Part shown: positions 1-10,357 of the stretch, piece by piece | Layout of the letters: each line of letters starts with the position of its first letter | Position numbering within the stretch: position 1 is the first letter of the stretch | Assembly (NCBI GenBank): GCA_963842085.1 | Contig: CAWJET010000002.1 | Span: 1,376,001 to 1,440,000, forward strand | DNA length: 64,000 bases | Reading direction: 5' to 3' | Origin: an uncultured delta proteobacterium | Lineage (GTDB): Bacteria > Desulfobacterota > Binatia > Binatales > Binataceae | Notes under the pieces: generated by a model | Told to the model about the DNA's origin: nothing | The model's input: the letters and a program-made list of their open reading frames with translations, nothing else | Databases searched by the model: none | Made by a program: the position numbers and the translations under genes

Positions 1-32
1 CTGGGTTGACCTCGTGGTCGGGTGATGCTCGG

Positions 33-1271
33 TCACGAGAGGACCGGATGTAGTCGCGCGATCTCCTCCTCAAGCGGAATACACGCCCATATCGCAAGTG
101 CCGCTCCCAACCACATCGCCGCGAATATGCAGAAGGCAACCGCGTAGCTGCCGCTCACGTCGAAGATCCGTCCCGCCACGACCGGGCCGATGGCGGCGCC
201 TACGGTGGCGAGGATTCCCGCCGCGCCCTGCACCGATCCCAGACGCTTCAGCCCCAGTGACTGGATGAACACCAGCGGCAGCAGCACCAGCGGCGTGCCA
301 GCTGCAATCCCTACCAGCACGATGAATCCCGCCAGAATCAGGCCGCTCCCCGCCGCGAGCAGGAGTGCCGTGCCGACTGCCGCTCCGACGAAGACGAGCG
401 AGAGCACGACCCGAGGACTGAGCCGATCCGCGGAGGGACCCAGCGAAAGTTTCCCCACGGTCGACATCAGATAGATCATGCTGAGGCTGCTGGCGGAAAG
501 GCTGGCCGTATAACCCGTTCCGATCAGATAGACGACCAGATGGACCAGAATCCCGCCGATAGCGCAGGCATAGAAGAACTCGGCAATCGCGATCAGCCAA
601 AATGAACGCGTCCGAAACGCCTCGGTCAATTCAACCCCGGGCACAACGATTGGCCCGGGACGGGTGCGAGTCAGCTCCGTTGAGTCGCTGGCCTCTGAGG
701 GACGACTGCGCACCACGAACAGAACCAGCGGGGCCACGATCACCAGCATCGGCAGTGCCATCGCGACATAGCCGGCCCGCCATCCTCCGAAGGCGATCGC
801 CTTGTTCGCCGCCACTATCATCGCCGCGCCGCCCAGTGAAGTGCCGGCGAACGTGAGACCCATCGCGAGTCCTCGTCGCTCGTCGAACCAGCTTGCGATC
901 ACCAACGAGGCCGGGATCAACGTCGCCGCGGTGACCCCGATTGCGACCATCCGATTGGCCGCAAGCAGGGGATAGTACGAATCGCAGCGGCTGGCGGCGA
1001 TGAAACCAACTCCGACGGTGATCGCGCCGACCAGCATCACCCGGCGCGCGTCGATCCGGTCGACCAGCCAGCCCACCAGCGGGCCGCACGCGCCCGCCAT
1101 CAGCGCGCCCGCGGACGCGAGCGTCGAAACTCGGGCACGGGTCCAGCCGAAGTACTTGAGCAGCGGCGGAAGGAAGACCGGCCCCGTGTTTACGCCGCCG
1201 CCCCAAACCAGGAACAGTGTGACGAACAGACTTGCCGCGATAATCCAGGCCTGACGCTCCCGCAGGCTCAT
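33..1271 (-). CDS. MFS transporter
   Basis: 412 aa, about 12 hydrophobic segments, MFS motif A-like GWLVDRIDARRV and GPSADRLSPR. Confidence 0.92.
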   Translation of the reverse strand: MSLRERQAWIIAASLFVTLFLVWGGGVNTGPVFLPPLLKYFGWTRARVSTLASAGALMAGACGPLVGWLVDRIDARRVMLVGAITVGVGFIAASRCDSYYPLLAANRMVAIGVTAATLIPASLVIASWFDERRGLAMGLTFAGTSLGGAAMIVAANKAIAFGGWRAGYVAMALPMLVIVAPLVLFVVRSRPSEASDSTELTRTRPGPIVVPGVELTEAFRTRSFWLIAIAEFFYACAIGGILVHLVVYLIGTGYTASLSASSLSMIYLMSTVGKLSLGPSADRLSPRVVLSLVFVGAAVGTALLLAAGSGLILAGFIVLVGIAAGTPLVLLPLVFIQSLGLKRLGSVQGAAGILATVGAAIGPVVAGRIFDVSGSYAVAFCIFAAMWLGAALAIWACIPLEEEIARLHPVLS

Positions 1272-1631
1272 CTCTTCCTCCCTGGTTCGGCCCGGTCCCC
1301 TACTCCGTTTTCGGCCTCAAGCCTCCCCGCCAGGCGCGCGATCCTATCGGACCTTGGACAATTCACCAAAGCGACGCAGGTCCTGAATCGCAAGGTTGGC
1401 ATCGCCATTGGTCGTCAGGCAAACGACGGCCAGTCCGCCCGCAGCCCTCGCTTGAGAAACGTCCGTGCCGCCTAAGCTATCTTCAAGAGAACAGTCTGAA
1501 CCACGGTGGAACCTGTCTCCAGCAAGCACGACGACAAAGGTAGCCCTCACTGTCTTGCACATGTCTGCCGTCTACTCGAGCCCGAGAGAGCAGCGGGTTT
1601 CCGCGTAACGTGGCCGGGAGAACAGCCGGCT

Positions 1632-1670
1632 AAAGGAAACGGGCCAGCGCCGCAAAACAGCGCCGGCCCG
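1632..1670 (-). terminator. Rho-independent terminator downstream of the 2448-1692 gene pair
   Basis: Minus strand CGGGCCGGCGCTG-TTTTG-CGGCGCTGGCCCG hairpin followed by TTTCCTTT. Confidence 0.6.
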
Positions 1671-1691
1671 ATGCGTGACTTACCAGAACAC

Positions 1692-2006
1692 CTAAACCTC
1701 GATTTCCTCGCTCATCCGAAGCTCAACAATCTTTGCGGAAGGTTCGCGGTCGGCGCGCACTTCGGCCATCAGTTTCTGCCATTCGGGATCGGCCTCCAGC
1801 TTCGCCATGTACTCTCCATGAGCCTTCCATCCACCAGTTTCCGCAACAGCCGCTATTGCAGGTAGGCCGCCTGAGACGGTTCGGTAGTAGCGGACTTTCG
1901 CTCCTGCGCGCTCGCGAATCTTTTTTGCTTTACTCGTGCGTTTCAGGAACTCGTCGAATCGCCCGGGCTCGGGCTGGAACACCGTAATCTGGAGCACCGC
2001 TGCCAT
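1692..2006 (-). CDS. small NIPSNAP-like / dimeric alpha-beta barrel protein
   Basis: ATG after AGAGGTG RBS; pattern FQPEPGRFDEF...WKAHGEYMAKLEADPEWQKLM. Confidence 0.6.
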   Translation of the reverse strand: MAAVLQITVFQPEPGRFDEFLKRTSKAKKIRERAGAKVRYYRTVSGGLPAIAAVAETGGWKAHGEYMAKLEADPEWQKLMAEVRADREPSAKIVELRMSEEIEV

Positions 2007-2079
2007 ATCGTCACCTCTTCTGAAACGGTTGAAAGTTGGTCGAGAATTCAAGACTCTTGCGAGCCTCAAAGCATTCAGC

Positions 2080-2448
2080 TCATCCTTCGAATAGCGTCCC
2101 CCTCCACGACCGCGAAGCCAGATCTACCTCACCCTCTTTGGCGATCCTGCGGCCATCCGAGATCTGGATAAAGTCCGCCGTGCGCCAGCGATTCTTTCCG
2201 ATACTCTCGTAGCTCCCCTGGCCGATGCCGCTGAAACTGTCGCCGTTGTCCAGGTACGCCGTTCCACACTCACTGAAGGTTCCGGCCTTGGCGCCGCCGA
2301 CGCTGGTGGTCGTGGTGAAGACTGCTCCAAATCCCGTTGCCGTGCCTTCCCAAGTGAATTGGGTAAGAACGCTGCCTGCCGGTCCAGGACTGTTAATGCT
2401 CGTGGTGAACTTGAACGAAAATTCCCCGATCTTTTTACCCGATGCCAT
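2080..2448 (-). CDS. hypothetical beta-rich protein
   Basis: 122 aa ORF with AAGGAG RBS, co-oriented with the downstream ORF. Confidence 0.7.
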   Translation of the reverse strand: MASGKKIGEFSFKFTTSINSPGPAGSVLTQFTWEGTATGFGAVFTTTTSVGGAKAGTFSECGTAYLDNGDSFSGIGQGSYESIGKNRWRTADFIQISDGRRIAKEGEVDLASRSWRGTLFEG

Positions 2449-2779
2449 CTCGCGTTCTCCTTCTACGGTTACGAGTTGAGTATCATTACGAGGCCAACCC
2501 CATCCTCTACTCTCGTGGCAGGCTTGGGGCGAGCCGAGCGGTACATGCTGATCGCGACTTGCGTTACGATGGGAACGATTGTGGAAGGTTTCCTGTCAAT
2601 GCTTATCCTTCCCACGTGCATTGAAAGCAAAGCTGACGCGGCTCGATTGCGACCGCAATCCAGGTCAGCCCCCTCGCGCGTGGCATCCATCGACACACGT
2701 GACGTATGATTGGCGCTCAATCCAGCGGGCTCTCCCGATCGATGCGCGGGGCGCAGCCGCTTTCTGGGGGTAGTTAACG

Positions 2780-3175
2780 ATGTTCGTAGTCGGAGACCGG
2801 ATGGCGCGGAAAGTGGTGACGGTAAAGCCGGCCGATACACTCGCCGCTGCCTCAGCAAAAATGAAGGAGGGAAAATTTCGGCGCCTGCCAGTGGTCGAGG
2901 CGAACAAGCTGGTAGGAATCGTGAGCGAATTTGATCTGAAGCGCTACGCGGACGCGCTCGACTCGACGCTCGTCGAAGTCGCGATGACCCGCGACCCCAT
3001 CACCGTGATGCCTTCGGAAACGCTGCAGCACGCGGCCGACCTGATGCGCCAACACAACGTCGGCGCCCTTCCCGTTATCCACCAAGACAAACTCGCCGGT
3101 ATCGTTACGGCGAAAGACCTCATGCTGCCTGAACCTCGACCACTCCGTGAATGGGATCCCCGCCCTCGCCGCTGA
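2780..3175 (+). CDS. CBS domain protein
   Basis: Two CBS repeats (VVTVKPADTL...RRLPVVE...GIVSEFDL; PITVMPSETL...GALPVI...GIVTAKDL). Confidence 0.92.
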   Translation: MFVVGDRMARKVVTVKPADTLAAASAKMKEGKFRRLPVVEANKLVGIVSEFDLKRYADALDSTLVEVAMTRDPITVMPSETLQHAADLMRQHNVGALPVIHQDKLAGIVTAKDLMLPEPRPLREWDPRPRR

Positions 3176-3201
3176 AACGCCATTTATTGTATAAAACCAC
3201 T

Positions 3202-3432
3202 GTGAAGCCGCGAGACGTGCTTGCAATCATCCGAGGGAAGCCGAAGCTAGCACCGAACTTGGAATTCATCGATGGAAAGGTCATTCGTCGCCCCGACGCG
3301 TTGGTGGAGATTCTGGATAAGCCAGAGTTCGAGGTTATAATCGACGCGCGAGCCTACTTGATCAAGTTGGTAGAGACCGCGAAGGTGCGGCGCGCGCGCG
3401 ACCTCAAATATGGGTTCCGAGGCGACCTTTGA
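3202..3432 (+). CDS. hypothetical protein
   Basis: Short protein-like ORF (VKPRDVLAIIRGKPKL...); no family recognised. Confidence 0.4.
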   Translation: MKPRDVLAIIRGKPKLAPNLEFIDGKVIRRPDALVEILDKPEFEVIIDARAYLIKLVETAKVRRARDLKYGFRGDL

Positions 3433-3435
3433 TAG

Positions 3436-3549
3436 TCGACAGGTGCACCAAGTTTCAAAGCAAGGCAATCGATGTCTCTCGCCACCCGCAACGTCAAGGA
3501 CTTCCAGCGCTTGGGCATTTCTCTGCTTGACCCGTGGCAGCTGGGCTAG
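3436..3549 (+). pseudogene. VapC/PIN toxin C-terminal remnant
   Basis: Translates ...ARQSMSLATRNVKDFQRLGISLLDPWQLG*, matching the ATRNxKDF...(N/D)PW end of VapC/FitB toxins; no N-terminus. Confidence 0.65.
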
Positions 3550-3601
3550 TTTGCCCGCAGCCTGCCGTTTTCGTTCGCGGGCCTATTCCCGGATTGCGAA
3601 T

Positions 3602-3760
3602 TCAAATTTCTGCTAATTCACCCAGTCCAAGACGCCGAATTTTCTGACGTAACCGATTGTCAAAGGTAGCGAACGTTCGCTTGCCGGCGGAAGCAACGTG
3701 CAGGGCATCGGCAAAGTCCATCCCCTTCTCGTACCATTCGAGGGCTTGCCTCACTACCGG
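3602..3760 (-). pseudogene. VapC/PIN toxin C-terminal half truncated by IS3
   Basis: Translates PVVRQALEWYEKGMDFADALHVASAGKRTFATFDNRL...* (DFADAL and TFD PIN motifs); begins exactly at the IS end. Confidence 0.75.
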
Positions 3761-3848
3761 TGTTCCCCGTCAGCACAAGTTGGACAATTCGAGGCGATTG
3801 AGGAAGAGAGGGTTTTTGGCTCATCTTTAACCGCGGAAGGAGCGGTAG

Positions 3849-4223
3849 ATGAGATCGAAAATCGATGCGCAGTCGGATGGGGCGGAAAAGGCGGTACGCG
3901 ACATAAGGCGGGCGACCCGCCGGCACTTCTCGGCTGAGGACAAGGTCCGGATCGTGATCGCCGGCCTGCGCGGCGAGGATAGCGTGGCCGAGTTGTGCCG
4001 CAAGGAAGGGATCAACCAGAACCTCTACTATCGCTGGTCCAAGGACTTCCTGGAGGCGGGCAAGAGGCGGCTGGCCGGCGATACCGCGCGTGAAGCGACC
4101 AGCGATGAAGTCAAGGAGCTGCGGGCGGAGAGCCATCAGCTCAAGGAACTGCTGGCCGAACTGATGATGGAGAACCGCCTGCTCAAAAAAAGCGTGCTGG
4201 CGGATGGGGAGTCCGATATATGA
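3849..4223 (+). CDS. IS3 transposase OrfA (HTH)
   Basis: RRHFSAEDKVRIV...SVAELCRKEGINQNLYYRW; A7G run at 4185-4192 whose -1 frame is open into orfB. Confidence 0.9.
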   Translation: MRSKIDAQSDGAEKAVRDIRRATRRHFSAEDKVRIVIAGLRGEDSVAELCRKEGINQNLYYRWSKDFLEAGKRRLAGDTAREATSDEVKELRAESHQLKELLAELMMENRLLKKSVLADGESDI

Positions 4224-5233
4224 GGTACGCGGCCGCCGAGAAGCTGGAGATCATCCGGCTGGTCGAGCAGTCGTCGCTGCCGGTGCGGCGCACCCTGGAG
4301 CAGATCGGCATCCCACGGTCCACCTTCTATTGCTGGTACGATCGCTATCGAACTCGCGATGATGAAGGGCTGGAGGATCGCACGCCGGCGCCGCGGCGGG
4401 TGTGGAACAAGCTCCCAGCTGCAGTTACTCAGGCCGTGCTCGAGCTTGCGCTCAAAGAACCGCAGCTATCGCCGCGGGAGTTGGCGGTCTCGTTCGTCGA
4501 CCAGCAGCAGTACTTCGTCTCGGAAGCCTCAGTTTATCGGCTGCTGAAGGCGCACGACCTGATCACCAGCCCGGCCTTCATCTTGATGAAGGCAGCCGAC
4601 AGCTTCGCCCATCCAACCACCGCACCCAATCAACTCTGGCAGACCGACTTTACCTACCTGCGGGTGATCGGCTGGGGCTGGTTCTATCTGTCGACTGTCC
4701 TTGATGACTTCTCGCGCTATATCCTGGCCTGGAAGCTGTGTACCACCATGACTGCCACCGATGTCTCCGACACCCTCGCGATGGCGCTGCGCAACTCCGG
4801 GTTGGAGCGCGTCCGCGTCCGGCACCGGCCGCGCCTGCTGAGCGACAACGGACCGTCGTACGTGTCGGCCCAGCTTGGCTCCTGGCTCGCGGAGCATGGC
4901 ATGATGCATACCCGCGGCAAGCCCTATCACCCGATGACCCAGGGTAAGATCGAACGTTACCATCGTTCGATGAAGAACCAGATCCTGCTCGAGAACTACT
5001 ACCTGCCCGGTCAGCTCGAAGCGCGCCTGGCCGAGTTCGTCGACTACTACAACTCGCGCCGCTACCACGAAAGTCTCAACAACCTGACCCCGGCCGACGT
5101 CTACTTCGGCCGAGGTCCCGCGATTCTGTCACGGAGGAAAAATGCCAAACTGAAAACCATCGAAGCCAGACGCCGGCTGCATCATTCGTTCGCAGCCAAA
5201 GGTTCAACTCAGATGGACCAGATCCTCTCTTAA
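4220..5233 (+). CDS. IS3 transposase OrfB (rve/DDE)
   Basis: WQTDFTY, LDDFSR, SDNG, GKIERYHRSMK motifs; ATGA overlap with orfA. Confidence 0.93.
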   Translation: MRYAAAEKLEIIRLVEQSSLPVRRTLEQIGIPRSTFYCWYDRYRTRDDEGLEDRTPAPRRVWNKLPAAVTQAVLELALKEPQLSPRELAVSFVDQQQYFVSEASVYRLLKAHDLITSPAFILMKAADSFAHPTTAPNQLWQTDFTYLRVIGWGWFYLSTVLDDFSRYILAWKLCTTMTATDVSDTLAMALRNSGLERVRVRHRPRLLSDNGPSYVSAQLGSWLAEHGMMHTRGKPYHPMTQGKIERYHRSMKNQILLENYYLPGQLEARLAEFVDYYNSRRYHESLNNLTPADVYFGRGPAILSRRKNAKLKTIEARRRLHHSFAAKGSTQMDQILS

Positions 5234-5273
5234 TTCCTGTGCCAACTTGTCCAATAGGTTCTGACGACGTACA

Positions 5274-5470
5274 GCCAGCGACTTCTCGGAGGCACCGAAA
5301 CCGTACGCCTCTGCGGTATCGAAACAGTTGATGCCGAGATCGAGCGCGCGACTAATGGCCTCGATGAACTCGGACTCTTCGATACTGCCGTAGCCGCCGC
5401 CAATCTCCCAGCATCCGAAACCGATCGCGGAAATCTGAATCCCCGTTTGGCCAAATGGTCGGAGTTCCAT
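5274..5470 (-). pseudogene. aldo/keto reductase N-terminal fragment truncated by IS3
   Basis: MELRPFGQTGIQISAIGFGCW...GINCFDTAEAYGFGASE; stops at the IS end. Confidence 0.85.
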
Positions 5471-5631
5471 ACGCTGCCTCCGCATACCGATCGTTCAAGG
5501 GTCACGCTAGTGCCGAATGAATGTTTTTTCAATCAAGGAACACCGGCAGCGATTGGTTTGACGAGTTGGCGAAGTGTTCGATAGCCTCTGTGCGGGCGCT
5601 TGAGCGATTTGAGATCGATCGGAGGGCCCGC

Positions 5632-5945
5632 GTGACACGCTCATTCGACATCAAACCTCTCGACGCGACGTTCGGAGCGGTGGTGACGGGCATCAAACTC
5701 GCCGCACTCGACGACGCGACGTGGCGCGACCTCTACGCCACGTGGCTCGAGTACGCGCTACTCATCTTCCCCGGTCAGCATCTCACTCGCGACGATCAGG
5801 TCGCCTTCGCAAGGCGATTCGGACCGGTCGAGTTCGCAACTTGAATGCCGACGGGACGCTCATCGTCGACCCGGACAACGACATCCTGAAAGTGCTCAGG
5901 GGCAACATGGGATGGCACTGCCACAGCACCTACATGCCGGTGTGT
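5632..5945 (+). pseudogene. TauD/TfdA dioxygenase fragment (frameshifted, truncated)
   Basis: IKPLDATFGAVVTG...LLIFPGQHL...FARRFG, then in another frame GNMGWHCHSTYMPV; C-terminus absent. Confidence 0.8.
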
Positions 5946-6293
5946 GGCGAATTACTGTTTTTCCCAGAATCAGCAATTCGCCACACACAAGTCGTTCGGA
6001 GAAGGCTTTCAATCGAGAAGAACATCTTTGTACTTGAATAATTTCACGGTTACTGACATAGGCCCTCCTTTTTTGTTTCCTCAAATATAGCGTATCTCCG
6101 CGCACAATCCGTCAGGAGTGTATTGCGGCGCAGAAAATAATCATTCAAGTTGCCGAATAAAGTTATTTATTGCGGAACGCTGCGTTCCGCCGATCACGCG
6201 TCTGCGCCGCAGCGAGCGGAAACTCGCCAGCGGTGGCGCGCATTCGGAGCGCGCCACCGCTCTACCGCTGCCAAAGCGTTCGCTGCTCCGACG

Positions 6294-7628
6294 CTACGGC
6301 GCCGCGCGCACCATAGCTTCAGGATCGAAGAAGGCGCGGTCCACGGCGCCCATATTGATATACCAGCACTCCTTTTCCGGAGTGTTGCGACTTGGCAGGT
6401 AGCACATCGCGGCCATTCCGGTTTGCGTATCGGTGGCGGCAGCACCTACCACGAACGAGCGCTTGAACGGATAGATCGCTACCCGTGCATCAGGCACCGG
6501 TCGATCACGATAAGTCAGCCAATAGATGTGGTCCTGCCACAGATGACCCTGTTGATCGTATGCGTCCTCATAAAGCGGAAACCATACTTCGCTGTCGATG
6601 TAGAGCACCGTCCGCGATTGCAGTGCCTGCGAGTTGTTCGTATGACGCCTGGGGGTGGCTTCCACGATATACATTTGGCGCGTTTCCCAATTTTCCGGAC
6701 ACGCGCTGCCCCCGCCGTCCGTCCCGCAGGTTACTTCGGGCGAATGGACCGCGTGAACCACGCCGAGCATGCTCTTCGAACCCAGGAAGCGATAGTTGTA
6801 CTCCTCGACCTTGGCGTTGAAGCCGGAATAGTGATCCGGATCGAACACGACGATATTCCCGCCACCCTCACTCGGCGTCCCCGACCCGGTAACCGCGTCG
6901 CTCATGATGCCTTCGTCGAGACGCCGCAGCCTTCGCGAGCCGGTATTCCATGACCATATGTCATCGGACTTTTTCGGATCGGAATAGCGGTAGCGCAGAA
7001 AACCGGCGCCTCGCATACCTGCCGGTGCCATGATTGGGTAGAGTCCAAAGAGCCAGTAACGCCCGGTCTTCTTGAAGTCTTGATCGATCGGCATAGGGTC
7101 GACCTCGGTCCGTCCAATCTCGTTGTAGCCGGCGTAGTGACCTACATCGATCTCATCGAGTACCCGGTAGGGGACATTGCGCCCGGTCCGCAAATTTTCA
7201 CAGGCAAAGTAACGGAGATCGTAGTCATCAGTCTGGAGCGGCCGAAAGACGTTGTTCCATATGATCTTGGTCGCGACCCGAGGATCGTTGGGATCGAGGA
7301 ATGGGAACGGTTGGCCGGCCACGTAGTTCTCAACCGTGCGCCCATCCGGCGACAGGCTAACCTGCGCAGAATACTTCTCGGTTGCGTCCTTGTAAGGCGG
7401 AGGCCAATCTACGCGATCGGAGGGCGCGATTTTCATCGACATGCCCTGTTGGACTTTGTAGTAGACCCCTGGGGCGACAAGGTCCTTGACCTTGTAAGCA
7501 TTGTCCGGCGTGATGACGTCACCGGGCTTAACTTGCGCTAGTGCCGGCACAGCCACCATAAGACTCATAAGCAAGGCCGCTAGGGCGCCCATACATTTCT
7601 TACTTCTGACAGCTACAATGGAGTGCAT
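6294..7628 (-). CDS. DUF1329 family secreted protein
   Basis: Signal peptide, VKPGDVITPDN, YVAGQPFP, RRLRRL, WETRQMYIVEATP motifs. Confidence 0.85.
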   Translation of the reverse strand: MHSIVAVRSKKCMGALAALLMSLMVAVPALAQVKPGDVITPDNAYKVKDLVAPGVYYKVQQGMSMKIAPSDRVDWPPPYKDATEKYSAQVSLSPDGRTVENYVAGQPFPFLDPNDPRVATKIIWNNVFRPLQTDDYDLRYFACENLRTGRNVPYRVLDEIDVGHYAGYNEIGRTEVDPMPIDQDFKKTGRYWLFGLYPIMAPAGMRGAGFLRYRYSDPKKSDDIWSWNTGSRRLRRLDEGIMSDAVTGSGTPSEGGGNIVVFDPDHYSGFNAKVEEYNYRFLGSKSMLGVVHAVHSPEVTCGTDGGGSACPENWETRQMYIVEATPRRHTNNSQALQSRTVLYIDSEVWFPLYEDAYDQQGHLWQDHIYWLTYRDRPVPDARVAIYPFKRSFVVGAAATDTQTGMAAMCYLPSRNTPEKECWYINMGAVDRAFFDPEAMVRAAP

Positions 7629-7800
7629 AACCTTTGTCCTTTCGCCGCCAAGAACGCGGCGAGACTTTCATCTTGGAATTTATTCGACCGTCTTCTGGTA
7701 CTGTGGCCGAAACCGCCGCCGTGTAATCTAGTGCAATTCGACCGAACGATGCTCGGCACCTCAGGCGCCGTGAAGACGTGAACTTTCTGTCGGGGAGGAG

Positions 7801-8151
7801 CTAGTTATAGTCATCGTTGGAGCGGGGTGGGATTCGCCGATGAAACTGGCGGTCGCAGGACCAGTCAATGTCTGCTTCGACGTCGTCGAGGAAGAGCGGA
7901 TCGGGCTGATGCCGCTTCGGTTCTCTCGGGTTGAAGCTCGATGACGATGTAGAGACGCCAGCGTCTGGGACCGGCCCGGTACCCACTTCCTCGACTAGAT
8001 GACGAGCGAATCCAGGCGTGTTATTCGCAACCGCATGCACCTCGAGAAGAGTGATAGGCGAGAACGCTGAGGCTGTCTGCGCAATGGTCAGCAGGCAAAG
8101 CGAACAAATGAGCAACAGCCTCGCGAGCAGCGGGTACGGAAATATTCGCAT
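7801..8151 (-). CDS. hypothetical secreted protein
   Basis: 116 aa ORF with signal-peptide-like N-terminus (ASA). Confidence 0.45.
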   Translation of the reverse strand: MRIFPYPLLARLLLICSLCLLTIAQTASAFSPITLLEVHAVANNTPGFARHLVEEVGTGPVPDAGVSTSSSSFNPREPKRHQPDPLFLDDVEADIDWSCDRQFHRRIPPRSNDDYN

Positions 8152-8648
8152 CTCGCCGAAAACTCCTGAGGTTCTTTATCGATCCGTCCACTTAAATTTA
8201 TACGGATCTAATCCTCCAGCGCTACCACGAACAAAGTCGGAAAGTGGCTGCAGCAACCACGCCGGGAGCCGTTGTCCCTGCGGCCGACAGACGCTCGGCT
8301 GAGAAGAGATAGACGACTGGCATCGCAGAGAATAATCGAAATGGTGACCTGCACCCCGAAAACTCCGCCGAAATAGGGTAGAGGCCGTCGCCTTCGTCGA
8401 TTGTCGAAGACTGCAGACTGAGAGAAGCCAGGGCACTAAGGCGGCGAAGTGGCAAAGCTCCCCGAGATGAAGGTATACCTGCAGCCGCTGAATGACAGAG
8501 CACCCAAGCCAGTGTTGGAATCTCGCCAGCGCCCGGCCCTTGTCGCGCGCGGGTCTGCCTTCTTCTTCCTCCCGATACGCAGTCCGTCCAAGGAATTCAA
8601 CGGGCCAGCTCCTGCTTCATCTGTTCTTCGAGCCTGTCGATCTGCCGG

Positions 8649-8806
8649 TTAAACGAGAGCCAGCCAGAGCGCGACTATCCAGCCGAGCAGGGTCCAGCCC
8701 CAAGCAGATTGACGGCGATTACCCATCCGAACCCTTTGATTCGTAGAGCTGCGCAGAGACTGGGCAGAAAACAAACGAGAAGCAGCAGGGCCATAGCGCC
8801 GCTCAC
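8649..8806 (-). pseudogene. superinfection immunity (T4 Imm-like) protein, 1-nt frameshift
   Basis: MALLLLVCFLPSLCAALR...VIAVNLL / GWTLLGWIVALWLALV*; matches the FLP...NLFLGWTxIGW signature. Confidence 0.7.
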
Positions 8807-8946
8807 TGGACTGCACCGATGCGCTTCAACGAAAGCTCTTCGTCTTCATTCCACGATGCCAAATAGATGCTGCGCTTCAACGCTGGATCGGCTGCTTCCA
8901 GTTTAGCCACGGCCTCGGCTGCTTCGTCGAACCGCTCAGGTGTCAC
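8803..8946 (-). CDS. small hypothetical protein or fragment
   Basis: VTPERFDEAAEAVAKLEAADPALKRSIYLASWNEDEELSLKRIGAVQ*; GTGA overlap with the imm-like ORF. Confidence 0.35.
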   Translation of the reverse strand: MTPERFDEAAEAVAKLEAADPALKRSIYLASWNEDEELSLKRIGAVQ

Positions 8947-9543
8947 CAAGCACGGACACTGTTCGCAGAGTAATGATGCTGCCGGTGAGCTTGTCGAACG
9001 CGAGCGGATAGGCGATGCCGCGCCTTTCGCATTCAGCTCTCAGGCGCTCGCGAGCCGACGAGTTGCAAAATGGAGCCTTGCTGCCGCTCATCGTCTTCGC
9101 CCCCCGTCCCGTCCCCTCGCGGACGCTTCCGACGTTTTCTTTGGAGCCCGGCGCGGAGTTTTCGCTCGCCTACTCACATGACGCGGTGGCGGTTCAGAGC
9201 CTCCTGCTTGAATCGAATAGCTGACTCCGCTTTCGGTCCGCCCACACGGCAACTCGAGCGCCTTCAACAGCAGTTCGCCTTTCGAGGCGTAAGTCCCACC
9301 GAAGCTGCCGCCGCTCACGTGAAATTCGGTGTCCTTCAGAGGACTCAACCACCAGTATGCAGAACCTAACGAGCCGTCTCTTGATGTCGAAATCGGTTTA
9401 GTCGCTGCGCTCTTTGGAAGCCAGCATGAGCTGATGCTGCGTCTCAGACTTTCGCTTTCAAGGCCATCGGTCTACAACGAGAGCGTTGTACGGACCTGTC
9501 GGGCAGAGCGCATCCAACAGCGATACCGCAGAGGGACCAAGTC

Positions 9544-10164
9544 ATGTTTCGTACGAACGTCCGCGCTACGCCAGAGGAGCGCAAACGATCCCTCCCTGCC
9601 GATCTTTTGATCCAGGATGCAGCCGCCACCGTCATGCATGCCGTCACGATCGCCGCGCCGCCGCAGTGCGTGTGGCCATGGCTGGTGCAGATGGGCTCGG
9701 GGCGGGCTGGTTGGTACAGCTACGACTGGATAGACAATGGCGGCCATCCAAGTGCAACCGAGATCATTACTGCCCTTCAGCACATCGCGCCGGGGGACGT
9801 GTTGCCTTCTCTGCCGGGAGCAAGAGACTCATTCATCGTCGCCGCCGTGCAGCCGGAGCTTGATCTCATTCTGACCGTACCTGCCGCCAGCGGAGGCCTT
9901 CTGGTGAGTTGGGAGTTTTTCCTCGAACCGCTTGCTCAACGGCGGACACGCCTGCTCGTGCGCGGACGCGTCAGCTCGCAATGGCCATTGGGTGGAGCTG
10001 GAACCCCGTCTGCCTCGCCGCGCCCTATCGAACGCGTCTATGCGTTGCTCGCAAGGCTTCCGCGCTGGCTGATGGGGCCCGTCGCGCTCTTCGGCCACGG
10101 TATTATGCAGGCGCGACAGCTCCGGGAGATTAAGCGTCGCGCGGAACGAACCAACCTCTTCTAG
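9544..10164 (+). CDS. SRPBCC-like family protein
   Basis: AVTIAAPPQCVWPWLVQMGSGRAGWYSYDWIDN motif. Confidence 0.75.
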   Translation: MFRTNVRATPEERKRSLPADLLIQDAAATVMHAVTIAAPPQCVWPWLVQMGSGRAGWYSYDWIDNGGHPSATEIITALQHIAPGDVLPSLPGARDSFIVAAVQPELDLILTVPAASGGLLVSWEFFLEPLAQRRTRLLVRGRVSSQWPLGGAGTPSASPRPIERVYALLARLPRWLMGPVALFGHGIMQARQLREIKRRAERTNLF

Positions 10165-10357
10165 TGGCAGCGCGATTTCGCAAGTCCTCATGCCATACGC
10201 GCTGGCCATTAGCAGGGCTACCCGCGATGATTGTAGCCGCTGCCACCCGAGGAAGAATCGCCTCGCTTTGCTTCAGACTACTTGCCATAAAGCCGGGCGC
10301 AGCACTAAATATTGCATCGGTTACGTCGCACAGCTTCTGCAGTAGGAGAGCATTCAC

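Larger units (their letters stand above)
3761..5273 (+). mobile_element. IS3-family insertion sequence
   Basis: Imperfect IRs TGTTCCCCGTCAGCACAAGTTGGACAA / (rc) TGTACGTCGTCAGAACCTATTGGACAA with TG...CA ends; orfA and orfB; no target duplication. Confidence 0.92.
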
